Shown: positions 36,990-50,700 of the stretch, piece after piece
Numbering within the stretch: position 1 is the stretch's first letter
How the letters are laid out: each line of letters opens with the position of its first letter
Assembly (NCBI GenBank): GCA_003971905.1
Contig: RSEE01000003.1
Location: forward strand, 620,001 to 684,000
Source of the DNA: Moniliella sp. 'wahieum'
Taxonomy: Eukaryota
Reading direction: 5' to 3'
Length of the DNA: 64,000 nt
The notes under the pieces: model-generated
Told to the model about the DNA's origin: nothing
Database searches by the model: none
What the model saw: only the letters and a program-made list of their open reading frames with translations
Position numbers and translations under genes: made by a program

Positions 36990-38283
36990 TGAGTTGATGA
37001 GTTGAAGCATGTGAATTCCCCTCCTGCTTTTTTGGGTTTTTTGTTTCATCTATGTCTGACCTTAGGGTGGCAGGCCCAGGCCCACAGGCCCTCAGGCGTC
37101 AGGGCGTCAGGCATCCGGGGCTTGGGGCTTGGGGCAGGTACATGTCCACCAGATGTCGCCCTTTGCACCTGTCCCTTGCGCAGCCCTTCTGGGGCGCCCA
37201 ACACCGTCCCTTGTTTTCTCCCCCTTACCCCATTTTGATGTATGTACCATTTGATACTGTTGCTGAATCCATTTCTAGTGTGCCTTTGATGCCTCGTTTG
37301 TCTTTCCTCCGTCTTGGGCGCCTGTCTTGACCCGCGTTCGACGCGCGACACTCCTTATCACGGCTCGTCGATCCCACACGCAGCCGCCTCGTCGGCTGCG
37401 ATTTGCCTCCCCTTCGGCTGCAGCGAGGGCTACGCTACGAAAAAGGGGGATGGGGGGCAGGGCGTATGCAGACGCTGAAGGAGGACCGTCAGTGGAGGCA
37501 TGGGAGGGCGGGAAAGGAGTTTCAGCTGGTGTCCGACTGGATGGATCAGGGCGGACAAAGGTGGAGACACCTCCCCCATGGGGACGTCCCTCTCGCCATC
37601 TCACGGCCGAGTGGGCAGACCAGGGGAGCTTCGGAACTGCATTGAACAGTGATCAGTTGGCAGGACAACTGAAAGGACATAAAACACGCATCGAAGGGAT
37701 GTGCTGTGGGGTGGTGTGCTGGGCCAAGCAGAGGTGCTTTCGCTTTGATTCAGCATTCCCCGCTGCCGCTGGGTAGAGGTCGAGCGTGGAGAGGCGCAGG
37801 ATTCTTCTCTGACACATATATTGCCACTCCTTGAAGAGATGAACTCTGCCGGGTGGGTCCCTCGCTCTTTCATGGGAAGACATGGTGGTAGACTGGCGTC
37901 ATTGTGATGCTAGTCTAAGGTCATCTCTCTCTCCGCCTGCACAAAGAAGGGGAACAGAGGCACACAGCGGCTCGATAGGCGGGCGCGGGAGGGGCTACAG
38001 CGAATGGGATCCGATTCGACTTGCGCTGTCAGATAAACCCTGGTCTTGCGCGCTCTTCAGAAGCAACACGAACAAACAGATATGAAAATCGACACGGAAC
38101 GCCAAAACGTAAGGGAAGGGAAGGGGAAGGGGCATAGTGTACATGACACTGGAGCCGCAGAAGGGCGCGGGAAAGTGGTTCACCTTCGATGGTCCTCGAG
38201 TCCATCCTCATGACCATGTAGGGGGAAGGTGTGTGGGGGGGGGGGACGCATGACCCAACGTGGGTCATGCGAGAACGATAGGG

Positions 38284-40684
38284 TCAGCAGGATCGTGTCC
38301 AGGGAAGAGCGCGAGGTGGAGCTGGCCGTGGCTCGCTTGGGACGCGGTGGAGGATAAGGGGTGTGGGTGCCGGCAGATCGCCGATCGGTACCAGGTGCGT
38401 CCGTGCGAGGTTCAACCCGACCTGTACCTTTCGAAGGGGAGGACCAAGCAACTGAGCGACCAAGGCCGGGTCGACCAACCCCTGTTGCTGTTGGCAATAA
38501 AAGTGCGAACCATAGCGAAGCGCCAGTTCGTCCTTGGGTTTGGCCAGCTTGAACCGGATGCCTTGGGCGCCCTGGTGCCGAATCCCGGCAAACAAGCCGC
38601 CTGGGATCGCAGCACGACACACAGGGCACGCACCACGGAACAAATCGGTCTCCTCCTTGCCAGCCCGAACGCGGCGTTGGCCTTGGCGCGTAGGACCAGG
38701 TAGGTTGCGTGCGTTGGCTCGCTCTTCTTGCCCAGCAATCAGAAACTCGGCACGTGTCCAGCCTCGGGAAGTGCCTTCGTCCAGTACGCCCCACAGTACC
38801 GCCGACAAGCGATCCACCGCATCTTGTCCCATCCACCGTACCGACGAGCTCATGCCCAATTGGTACGTGAGCTGATGCTCCTCTGCGTAGCGTGCCATTT
38901 CACGCATCACGTTCACCTCCCTCTCGACCGGGATGGGAGGCGCACTTCCCCGATCATCGAGGGATCCAGACGCCCGCCGAAGAGATACAGGGAGCGAGGC
39001 AAGCACAGCGCGGTAGAGCAAATGAGTTTCACGCATCGCCTCCATTCGCGATGCCATGGTACCAGTCGAATCGAGAAAGAGGAACCAAAATGACGTGTAC
39101 GAAGGGGCGGGGCTCATAAACTTCGCATCTTGGGTCTCGACTTGAGTTCCATCCCGGATCGTGACCAGGGCACGCTCCGGGCCATTCTCGGGCTCGTACG
39201 TGCCGGCCAAAACTGAGCTCAGACGATCAGTACTCGCCGTGTCAAGGTAACGCATCAGCGCTTCCACTGTGACGCGCGGTCGGGCATTCGTGCTCTCCCG
39301 ACCGGGGAGGACTAAGACATTGTTGGCGCGGGCGCCGCGCAAAAGAGACCGACTAAACCGCATCCAATGATCGGTACTAAGTGCGCGGTTGCGCGCAATA
39401 AAGAGTTGGAGCAACTGTGCGGTGGAGGAGTGGAGGAGGGAGCGGAGAACGTTGGACAATTGCAGGGCAGAAAGGAAGAACCCGCCCCGAGGTGAGGGCA
39501 GGGCGGACGAGCTGATTGCGGAGACGGGCTATGCCATAGTACAGCCTGCGCTACGGCCCTGCGGTCCCGCATCTCTTCTTCTTCCTGGGCCTTGGTTGCC
39601 TCGGAACGAAGAGAAGAGAAAAGACATTCGCCACAGAACATGTGACCGCAAGGGGTGGCCACCGCGTTGCGTGGCACTTCAAGACAAATGGGGCACGTGG
39701 CAGTGTTGGTCAAAGCTGGGATCCGCTGGGCAACGGGTGCCGACTTGATTGCCACTGCCACCGTGGTTGCGGTGGCGATGGGAGCGGTCGTCGCGGCAGG
39801 AGGAAGCAAAGGTGTGGAACTTGTTTCCCCCTCAGATCGGCTAGTAAGCAGGGGAGTGCTCGTCGTGGGGGACAGGCGTCGGAGGCCAGCAGAGTCATTC
39901 ACCTTGGAGCGCTTGGAATGGGGTTGTTCGAGGTGTTGCTCGCGTTGTCGCTTGGACAGAGGGCGGGGTGGAGAGGCGTGTTGGATGTTGGGACGCGGTA
40001 AGCGAGCGCGGCCGGCTCTCAGGGGCTGCGGCGCCACACTGTCGTCAGAAAGGTCAGGTTGAGTGGCATCCGAGTCAGATTCGACAACCTGCTCGGGAGA
40101 CGGGCGGGCCAAGGGGCGGGGATGGGGATCGGGGTAGGGGTCAGAATCGAAATCGGAATCGGGGTCGGAGAAGCGAGTGGGGGTGAGGACATCCTCCTCG
40201 AGCATGGCGCCGTTGGGGGCACTGGCCGAGGGGGAGGAAGGCGAAGGAACGCGGGAGGCGTGGTCAGACAGGAAGGTGTCCAGGACCAAGTGCATGAAGG
40301 GAAGGGGGGGGAAAGGGTTGGGGGCGCGGGTGTGGTTGGAGTCGGTAGCAAGGTTGGCGGCATATGCTCCGAAGAGGGTATCGAGGAAATCCAAGGGGAC
40401 CTCGTCGTCATCGCCATCGAAGAATCCAAGGGGCCCTCGTCGTCATCCTCATGGAAGAAGTCCAAGGGGCCCTCGTCGTCATCCTCATGGAAGAAGTCCA
40501 AGGGGACCTCGTCATCATCCTCGTCGACGATGTGGGCGTGGCGAGGCACGCGGAAGGGCGCAGGGTGGTAGGCGGTGCCGCCAAGGCTTGTTTCGGATTC
40601 CCAGGCGACGTCCTGGTCGGAGTACCAGTCGTGGTCGTGTTGAGAGACCCAGTCAGAGTCGTATTCGGAGTCCCAGGCGCTCAT
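38284..40684 (-). CDS. C3HC4 RING-finger E3 ligase (Slx8/Rfp/RNF4-like) with split RING
   Basis: CPICLEVPRNAVATPCGHMFCGECL at ~39621-39695 and CPVCR at 38614-38628; acidic N-terminus starting MSAWDSEYDSDW. Confidence 0.75.
40385..40525 (-). repeat. 36-bp coding tandem repeat (~4 copies) encoding DDDE(G/V)PLDFF(H/D)
   Basis: Repeated AAGTCCAAGGGGCCCTCGTCGTCATCCTCATGGAAG-type units. Confidence 0.9.
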
Positions 40685-41310
40685 CGGGAGGGGGTGGTGG
40701 TGGGGGGGGGTGGTGTTGGCGGCGGTGGTGGAGACGAGATGGCAGGGGTGGGTGGGTGGGAACGCCGTGCGGTGGTGATGTGGAGGTGATGTGGGGGGAG
40801 GAGTGGATGATCGGAGAGGAGGGATTGCAACATTGCAGGATGCGACATGCGAATGGATTGCAATATTGCAACATTGCCGATTGAAATTGCATACTGATGG
40901 ATGCGGCCGGAGGGAAATGGCATTGGCAGTATTCATTGCGCAGAGACGGGCGTGGTGCCCCCATGCGTGGGGGACAGGGGGTGACGTGTGAGCGGTGACC
41001 TTCGTGACGCGTGATGTGGGCGACGGGCCATGTGACATGTGATGTGCGCTGTGATGGCACTGAGTCTCAGTCACAGCTGTACGAGCTGTGCTGGGTTCCA
41101 GTGACGGGTAGCGATGCGTGACGCGTCAGCTGGTGCCTGGGCGGGACAGTGCGTGGGCGGGCGCCGGGGCAGTGTGTGGGAAGGATGCCGTGGGGGCAGG
41201 GGGGCAGTGGGCTGGGGGCGTTGAGGCCAGGCCTTAGCAAGCGCTTAGTCTTATCCATCCTGGCCCCCAATCGCAAGGCAGTGCCCAGCCCCCAACGCAA
41301 CCCCCAGCCG

Positions 41311-44300
41311 ATGGGCGACGGCTCAACACACGCGACGGCCATCTCCACCCCACCCCCACCATGCCCGCTGCCCGGCACGCCGCCCGCCACCGCTCCGGCC
41401 CCGGCCCCGACCCCGGCCCCGGCTCCCACTCCGACTCCGACGCCCGCTCCGACTCCCATTCCGACTCCGATGCCCGCTCCGACACCCGTCGGCGCCGTCT
41501 GGTATGCAACCACCGACCGCGTCCCCCGCCACCTCAAGCTCTTCCATGCCCCCCGCGGCCTCGTCCCCCGCGCCCGCCAGATGCAGGCCGACCTCGATGC
41601 TGCCAGCGGCAGCGGCAGCGGCAGCACCTCTGCCCCCACCCCCCCCGCCCCGCCCCCCGCCGCCCGCGCCAACTTCACCTTTGTCTGTCTCGGCGCCGGC
41701 GGCGGCCCCCTTGAGACCGACTCCTCCTGCTACCTCGTCAAACCCGGGGGCCGTCCCCGGCCCGTTCCACCCTCTCCACTCCCTCGCTCCCCGTCCCAAT
41801 CTCAGTCCCAGTCCCAGGCCCAGTCCCAGTCCCATCCTCAGCAGCCCCCGCCTGACGGAGCGCCGCAGGACGCGGGATCGGACGAGGAAGATGGCGAATG
41901 GGGCTGGGAAGACGGGTGCATCGCGATTGAAGGGGGTACCTTTTCTCGGTGGCCTGGAGCGCACGCTGCGACAGCCCGAACGCATTCCTGGCGCGGGGCA
42001 CTGCAGCGCTCCCGGCATCGCCGCCGGCATCCGCGCCGCCGACCCCATCTCAAGCCCGATGGATACCCCGAATCGGACGAGGAGTATAGCTACGGCCCAG
42101 CGTTTGTGGGCGTGCCCGACTTGACTGCGCTCCAATCCCCACCCTGCCTCGGCCTGGACGACCGAGTTGCCCCCTCTCGGCACCAACAGCTGCTGTGGAA
42201 GGTAGGGCAGGTGGGCGCGTATGTGCGTGCGTTCCTCGTGTCTCACACCCATCTAGACCATACCTTGGGTATGGCTCTTGCATGTGCCGCTCTGCCGGGC
42301 ATGAGAAACGTGTATGGCCTCCGGGGCGTCTTGTCGACGATCCGGGACTGTCTATTGATGGGTCGGCATGGCCGCCGCTGGCAGACTGGGCTCCGGACGC
42401 TTCGTCGGAAAACGATGATCCAAACGGATTTTGTGCCACGCTGTACAGCCTATCTCCGTATGTTCCTCTTCTCGCCCCACCCTTCTTGCGACTATCTTTC
42501 CAACTGACGCGTTCTTCCCTTGCCCAGCCTCACCCCGTGGTGCGAACCTCGATCCTCGAGGGATGGTTGGAAGTCGAAGCGTTCCCTGTGAGCCACGGCC
42601 GCGACCCCCGCATCGCACCCGAAGACTGGGACATAACCGAGCCTAGCGGTTCGGCCTCGGTTGCACCTACCACCTCCGAGCCGCGCGACTCAGTTTCATC
42701 AGGAGGACGTGGATCTGTGACTGCTCCCGTGGGCTCGGCAGCACCCTCGGCCCCCGCTTCCGCCGGGGGCACCTCAGCCATCGCGCCTTCCCAAGGTCCA
42801 TCGCAAGTCGCGTCCCACGCCGTCGCAGGCCGGATCGCACAGCTACGCCCCCGCCCATCCCCGCTCCCCAGGGTTACAACCATGGCACCTGCCCTCGCTG
42901 CTGCGTCGTGCGCATAGCTATGCCTTTGATCGTCCAGAACAGCATGCTGCGCTTCAAGCGGCACTACGACGAGGCTCGCTCGCGCCCACGGCCGGGCTTC
43001 CCTATGCCCACAGTTACCCTTATACCAACAGTTTGTCTTTCTCCTTTTCTGGGCCGGCGGGTACGATGCGTCGGCGCAGTTCCAAACACCCGCTGCACCC
43101 CAAGGCCACAGCCCTTTGCCCCATGGGTTTGCCTATGCGCCTGGGCGCATGCGTACGGGTACGGGTATGGGTACGGAACGGTGCCGCCGCCGTATGGTGC
43201 GTATGGGAATTACTTTACCGACCCGAGAAAGTCGTTGAGTGGATTGGGATACGGTGTACCGTATCCTGCGCATGCGCGAGAACGTCGATCAGCGCCCGAG
43301 CGGCTTGCTACCGCACCTGCCTCCCCTTCGGCCCGACCATTCCGAGCGGCCGAACCGTTGCCCGGGGTGAAAGAGTTGGAAGATGGAGAAGAGCCACAGC
43401 GACCCCCTTTGCCCCATCCTCATTCGGTCGACACGGGCTTGTCAACCAAGACGATGATGCCGCTGTCCCAACTGGAAATGACACAGTACAGTCACAGTCC
43501 GCCGCGTGTCACTCCCTCCCCACCTACTGCCACTGCTCTTGCCTCTCCCTGGGTCGGCGCGCGACGAGGGATCACCCCAAAGTGATTTTCACCGAGCCTT
43601 ACCCCGGTACCACACGTCCCCCGAGCCGAGATGCTTCGCCCACGATGCGGGCCAGCTTTTCGCAGCAGCTAGCGTACGAGGAGAACTCTCCCTCTGTCCT
43701 CGACTCGCCTACCTACCGTCTCGATCGGGCTGAGGGAAAGGAGAAGCTGCATGAGATTCCCTCCATTAACGAGCGAGAAGAAGAGGACGAAGAAGAAGAG
43801 AAGGAAGAAGAAGAAGAGTTGGCTGAATCTGCCCCGGGCCAAAGTGGGACTGCTCACGGTGGAGATGCGTCCAAGCCAGATCCCAACCGCAGTTCTTCCT
43901 CTGCCAAGGAGCCGGCTCTGTCCGTGGCCCAGGCCTCGGTGCCTGCCTCTGCGTCCCCCAACGAAAGTGAGGTGGCCAAACCGGAAGCACAACGACCTGC
44001 CGACGACATTGAAGATCGCTTGGAAAGCACTGCGTTTGTGCTCCACAATCCAGCGCAGGGGGGTGCCGTGGTCTTCTTTGGCGATGTGGAGAGTGACATG
44101 TTAGCTGGTGGGGGGGATGCGCTGGCCTGTCCGCCGCCTCCGTCGCTGTTCAACCTACCGCGTCCGTCGGTCTGGCACCGCAGCTCACAGGCTCGCAGTA
44201 GCTTGTCCGATGAAGATGCCGAGGAAGTATGGACGGAATTGGCGGCGCTAGCCTCTAAGCGCGGCGATCCGGCCGAATCGACAGATACGAACGACGAAAC

Positions 44301-45018
44301 TAAAGGAGAAGAACTACGTCCCGGACTGCGTTCTCCACCCACCTTGCCAGTGAACTTCATCCCCATGGGCTGGACAGGCAACCAAGCCGTCTGGACTCGC
44401 GCTGCGCAGCTTTACCTCCAAGGCCGTCTCAACGCCATCTTTCTCGAGTGCAGTTTTTCCTGCCGAACACCCGCTGCCGACATTGTACGGTCACCTCAGC
44501 GCCGCCTTTTGGCCCGTCGAACTCGTTGCGCTCGCACGGACTGTACGGGAACAGTACCGTGAACTGGAACAGCGCTGGAGAGCTCTCAAGGGACTCCCTC
44601 CGCTACCTGCTATGAGCGAACAAGAGCAAGCGGACCTACGTAGTCTACGTGGAATGCTCCAGGGCCTGACACTAATTGTTATCCATGTCAAGTCGGCGCT
44701 CTACCATCCTACTTGCGCGACGAGGACGAGGACGAGGACGAAGACCACACAGAGACCGACCGGCGCACAAGGCGCAACCAAGCACCACGCCGGCGAGCAG
44801 GAAGGGGAAGGGGAAGGGGAAGGGGACGCGGAGGGGAAGGAGAAGGAGGAGGGAGAAGAAGACGAGGAGGAGAAGAAGGAGAAGAGGATGTGCCACTGTA
44901 CCCGGACCCGCGGTCGATGCAGCACCGGATCTTGTCGGAGCTGCGGGCGTGGGAGAAACGCGCGCGGCTGGGTGTGCGGATCGAGTTGGCGCGGCAGGGG
45001 CAGCGCATCGAGTGCTGA
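41311..45018 (+). CDS. PDE1: Class II (metallo-beta-lactamase fold) cAMP phosphodiesterase
   Basis: FVCLGAGGGPLE..SCYLVK, SHTHLDH, FPVSHG, ESTAF, FFGDVE, AIFLECSF, YGHLS, IVIHVK, LGVRIELARQGQRIEC*; intron 42458-42527. Confidence 0.9.
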
Positions 45019-45125
45019 AAAGATGCAATGCACATGGAAGATGCAATGGAAGATGCAATGCGACTGGGCGTCAACGTACCGTCAACGTTCAACGTGTTCA
45101 ACGTTGGATGTGGAACGGAACGTTT

Positions 45126-45587
45126 GTGATCGTGCCTGAGGCGGGGGGGGGGGAGGGGCAGGTACAGATGGGCATAGATGAGGGACAAGGAACCTTAGGT
45201 CGATGATTAATGATTCGATCATTCGTGATCGAGGTGATTGATGACAGTGTGCGACATGATGCATACAATGATCGATGACGCTGGGTGACGTGCTTGTGAC
45301 ATGTGACATGCGACATGCATGACACACATCATGCATCATGCATCATGCATCACTAGTCATAATACCTAGAACTATAGAACGACTCCCAGATCCCCGTTCC
45401 ACCTTCTCTCCTTTGCCATCCCGTCCGCCGTCATGAATTTCACGCGCCATACCTCTTTCTCGAGTGCTTGTGATCGCCCTCGTCCCAACCTCCATCGCGA
45501 CACCCTCTCTTGGCAAAGCAGACCCTTGTTGACGAAGTAAGCACGAAGACCATGATGCATATGACACCGGATGCGTGGCCATATCTC
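45126..45587 (-). repeat. Dispersed repeat, copy 2 (inverted relative to 30982-31394)
   Basis: Reverse-complement match to copy 1; carries expanded (CATGCAT)n and (TGTGACA)n tracts. Confidence 0.9.
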
Positions 45588-47787
45588 TCACGGTGCCATT
45601 ATTCAGCCAGTACTGTCAGTGGTCATCCACAGCTTTCAGACATCATATTGCCGTACCACTCCTATATAGCCCGCGCATACTCCCAGCCTCGGGTGGAGGG
45701 TGGAGGTTGAGGCTCTGAGAAGCTGAGATATATGCATTGAACATTGACGATCGCCCAGTCCTGGGCAAAGACACCAAGTCAGCAAAAAGTCGCAGGATGA
45801 CGGTCGTGTGGGAAGAGACACAGAGTTGACAAAGTGGTTAAGCACGTAGCGCTGCACCGCCAACGTCCCCGCCAAACTGTTGTGCTGGACCCCATCACGT
45901 AGGTCAAGCCAGTGGCTGCATCCGAAATGCTGTTGGGGACAACCGGGACTTTTGGCCTTCACGCAATTGTGCTGGACGTTGAGTGGGCCAAGAGGGTGAG
46001 TGCGATCTGCGTAGCAGGAACGTACGCAGTGCGTCGGGCCGAGGGGAACGGTCGCTCCAGTCCCCGCATGCGTGGCCTGCGCCGTCACATTGGCTCGGCC
46101 GCCCAGATTAGACCAAACCGCTACCACCGCCAGCTCGTCCAGCGCCACACATGTCCGTTCTCCATCATTGTGCCCTGCCTGGCGCTCCACTTGTGCGCAT
46201 CTGGAACAGGACTACCTGTGGCACCATGCGCACCCACTCATTCTCAGATCCGTCCAGAAATGGTGGTGTGCCGATGCTGTTTGATCGAACAGTGCGCCGT
46301 CTGGACCCGACCTGAGCTATATGGAAGTGGTGTGGCTCCAATCCTGGACCAATCAAAACGCCAATGAGCTCTCCTGAACGGCATGATTCGAGAGTACAAT
46401 GAATCCTTCACATCCCAGATCCGTTCAGAATTGGTGGAGCGCCGCACCATCCGTACTGACCATCCGCTGTTTTGACTTAACCTCTGATGTTTGGACGTGG
46501 GGTGACCTCAGGTCTCAATCCTTGTCCAATCCTGGAGCGCCTTACCTCCCATGGAAGGCCTGCTTCTTGTTCACGATGTGAAAACTAGTATCCAATCTAT
46601 TGTTTGACCAGAATGGGTGCAGCACTGATCTGATCCCATCAAATATAGGTCATCTGCCATTTGGACCTCCGGTCAGATGTCATGTATGTTCTGACCTCAA
46701 TCCAGGTCGAGTCTTTCGCGAGTGCGTTTACTTCCCCTGGAAAATACGAATGCTGTGCATGACGTGCCGCTACCAGTTCATAGATCGGACGACAATTGAT
46801 GGGGTGCGGGCGCCATCCACACCGACCTGTCCGTATTTGAACCTGATGCTATGTTGCACCATCACACTTCGAGCTTGTGCACAGAAGATACTGATGGGAG
46901 TCGGTAGGCACGCTCTGGTGGGCGGCGGGGGGAGTAGACTACAGTGTGAGGCTCGGTTAAGGCATGACCCAGAGCCGGAGAGAGGTGCCAATCGCAATCG
47001 AGACAGCTGAAATGAGATGGTCGTGTAGGAAACTGATATCAAAAATGCCATATCTCAGCCGTTTCTCATTATTCGTTCTCGCTAAAATTGGCAGGATGCT
47101 AGGGATGAAGAAGCACTGTTGCGGAAAAGCGTCAGATCCATCGCCTGCCCCACGGTGGGAGGCGGCACGCTCAGAAGCTTGTTAGCACTAAATGGGGGCG
47201 TGGTATGGACGCTGCTCTGGCGACGAGCGGCCATGTGGTTCAAGTTCCCTCTCATAGCTAGGCACGAGAGGGCAGGCTGTCTCGGCCATACCTTCACTAC
47301 TAAGCGTGGGCACAAGGGTGGAGGTACAACCGCGCCAGCGTGCCGTCCTCCAGCAATATGGTGCCCAGCAGCCGGCTGCCTGTTTTGGTATGGTGTGGGG
47401 GTGTAGGTACCTAGTGGGGGTGTCTGTCGAGGGGGCCATGTAATTAATTAATGCCTCCCTCGGGGCTGCGTGTGCGGTGCAGCTCGCCATGGCTGTCGAT
47501 CGGCTTTGTATCTCGGCTGGGGAGGGCAGCACCCGGGAGGGAGGCAGGGGGGCAGCGCAGACGCTGCCGGGAGAGAGGCGAGGCGGGCACTGCGGCAGCC
47601 TGGCCGCTGTCGATCCCCGTCACCGCTGCGGTGCGTCGGCCGCTGACTAGGACTAATAGTGACTGCTGCGCCACCGGGCGCGCGAGCGCAATTGCAATGT
47701 TCAAGTGCCAGCCGTTGGGCTGCGCTGCGCGGCGGCTGCGCCCCAACTACACCTCCCCCCCATCCATCGGCCAGCTGCCCCCCCAGC

Positions 47788-50700
47788 ATGTCCCAGAGCA
47801 AACAGCTCGGCCTCCGCCCCGCCCGCGGCACCTCCTTCGTCCAGGGCTGGCCCGGCATCCCCGCCTCCCCCGACCGCCCCCCCGCCGCCATTGCCGGCAC
47901 CGTCGATGTGCGTCTGGGCAAGGGCCTCAACGCATCCTGGCTGCGTGTCGAGCTGCGCAAGCTCGAGTCCATCCCCGGTGGCGAGCACTGGGGCGAGCTC
48001 ATCGGCAGCGGCCCCCTCACCGTCTGGCGCGCCAACCCCTCCCGCCACCTCGATGCGCCCGCCACCAACCCATCCGATCCCGACGCCGACCACTGGCAGG
48101 TGCTCACCTCCCACCATTCCCTTCCGCCTCCCATCCCCGAGGCCCTCCCCCCGTCCGCGCGCATCGACAAGCAGAGCGAGGTGGCGTACGAACTCGTTGC
48201 CTCCCTCTGTGTCCGAATGCGCCGTGGCGTCTTCCGCAAGAAGGAGGCCGCTGTCAGCAGCATCATCCAGACCACCCACCCCGTTGTTCTCGTCAAGCAT
48301 GACCTTCACCCCCCCTGGTTCCTCTACAACTACCCCGACACCAACGAGGCCCAAGTCCGCACCGACACGGGCGACGTCAAGCTCACCCTGATGCACAACC
48401 AGCACTGCTTGGCCCTGGCGACTCGATCGATGCACGCGTTGCCTTGGTCAGTGAGGCGACCAAGGCCGTCAAGCCCAAACACATCACGCTTTCCCTCAAG
48501 GAGACAGTCACCTTTACTGGCTCCCCTTCCCTGGCTGCCGATGTCAAGGGAAAGGGCAAGCCTCGCCCCGACCCGGCCGGCGCAAAGTCAACTGCGTCGC
48601 AGCGGGTCACCACCGTTGCCACCCGCTCCTTCCCCACAGGAAAGAAGCTGTCGCCTGCCGAATCGAGACTGTACGACCTTAGCCTACCCATCTCCAAGCA
48701 TCACGCTCTCATGACTATCAGTACTGCCAAGCACATCGAGGTTTCATATACGTACGTCGTCTCCACCCTGCTGGTATGACTTTATGACTTGTTGGTTCCC
48801 ACGAGACACAACGTTGGCCCTGCTTTTGCCTTTGCCTTTGCCTTAGCCTGCGCCTGGCCGTTGAGGTCAACAAGCAAACCATCGTGATTGATCATCTTCC
48901 CATTAAGATCTCCTCCTTTTCCCGTGCCGAGTCGGCCAAAATTCTGCCCAAGATCGGGTATGTCGCTGGGCTATCAGACCCGTCGCTAGCGCCAGCGCCG
49001 GCGCCCGGGGTGGACTCCGAACCCGGCCCGGCGCTGGAACGGGAAGCGAGTCCCCCGCCCACCCCACATCTGGATCCGGCTCCCACCATGTCCATCTCGC
49101 GCCTACCCTGCAACGCAACACCTTGACCAGTACCAACACTGGTCTCAGCTGGGCATTGAGTGGACCCAATTTCGCCGGTCGCGGCATCGCAGGTGCATTT
49201 GATGCCACTCGTCCTTACCCCGATCCTGCGCGACGAAACTTACCTCCAGGAACGGTGGCGCCCATGCCAGTTCGGGCTGCGTTTGCGCACCAAAGCATGC
49301 CGCCGGGCTTGGATAGGGGCGAGAGTTGGCGCTAACCAATCAGATTGATCGGGGCCCTCGGGCCTGCTGGGTCTGGCGCCCGAGCGGCACAGGACATGCC
49401 CCCGCCACATCCCTGGTGCCGCGGCCGAGGCAGAGAAGGAACGCTTGTACACCCGCGCCCAGCAGCAGAGCCATACGAACCAAGCGCTCGAAGCTGCGAC
49501 GCGGGCGGGGCAGGCGTACCAGGCCAAGTACTTCCTACCAGCCCCTCTCGGCCGAGGAAGAGAAAGCTTGGCGTTTCGCTCGAGCCCGCGCCGAGGCCGA
49601 GGCATACCAATCCACTTTTTCTGCCCCAGCTCCTTTTCCTGATAACCTCGATACCACCCCGGTCCCCAGCCCGATCCCCACGCCCGCCACACGTCCTGTC
49701 TCCTTGTTACGCGGCACACCTTCGGTCAAAACGTAAGTAGTGTTCCTAGTATGCCTCGACCAGCTCGGCAGTAGTGGAAGAACCTTCCTCCGGAACCCCC
49801 TTTACCGGTACTTCACGACCGTTGGATGTGGACAACGCATTGCCCCCCCCGCTGCCAAACCAGCACTGGGACCAGCACACAACGGAGAAAGAACGTTACG
49901 CGCTTCCTCGAGGCGCGGGACCAAGTAGCTCAACAACAAGGTGGATTAGCACCCCCCTTACTGCTAGCTTACTTCCTGCCTCAGCTCCAGCTGGGTACCT
50001 CTCAGGCCAGCCTTGACTGAAAGGAACAGTTGCGCCGCTCCTCGAGGCACGCGAGCGGTCGCTCAGCAACAAGGCGGAATGGCTCCTCCCCTCCCAGATA
50101 ACTTGGCCGCAGCGACGACTTCAGCCTCGACTTCGGTCGCTACACCTTCTTCGGCCCCTGCCGGCTCCTCGGCCCCGGTCCCCGGAAGCTCAGCGGGACC
50201 TGCACTGACGAAGAAGGAACAGCTCCGGCGTTTCCTCGAGGCACGGGACCAGGTGGCGCAGCAGCAAGGGGTATGGCACCACCGTTACCCGAAGATGTCG
50301 CTGCTGCTGCCGCTTCGTTGCCCTCAGCTTCAGCTTCCGCCCCGGCCCCAGCCACAGGAAGCTCAGCAGGCCCAGCACTGACAGAGAAGGAGCAGTTGCG
50401 CCGTTTCCTGGAAGCGCGAGACCAGGTGGCACAGCAGCAAGGTGGTATGGCACCACCGTTACCCGAGGATGTCGGCTGCTGCTGCTGCTGCTTCGTTGCC
50501 CTCAGCTTCGCCAACTCCGGTCCCCGGAAGTTCAGGGACCTGCAGACAGAGAAGAGCTGCGCCGTTTCCTCGAGGCACGGGACAGGTGGCGCAGCAGCAA
50601 GGTGGTATGGCGCCACCGTTGCCTGAGGATGTCGCTGCTGCTGCTGCTGCTTCCTTCCCTCAGCTTCAGCTTCTGCCCCGGCCCCGTCCCCGGAAGCTCA

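Noticed and set aside
45125..45590. Solo-LTR reading of repeat copy 2 (TG...CA ends)
   Set aside because: No matching target-site duplication, and copy 1 lacks the same termini.
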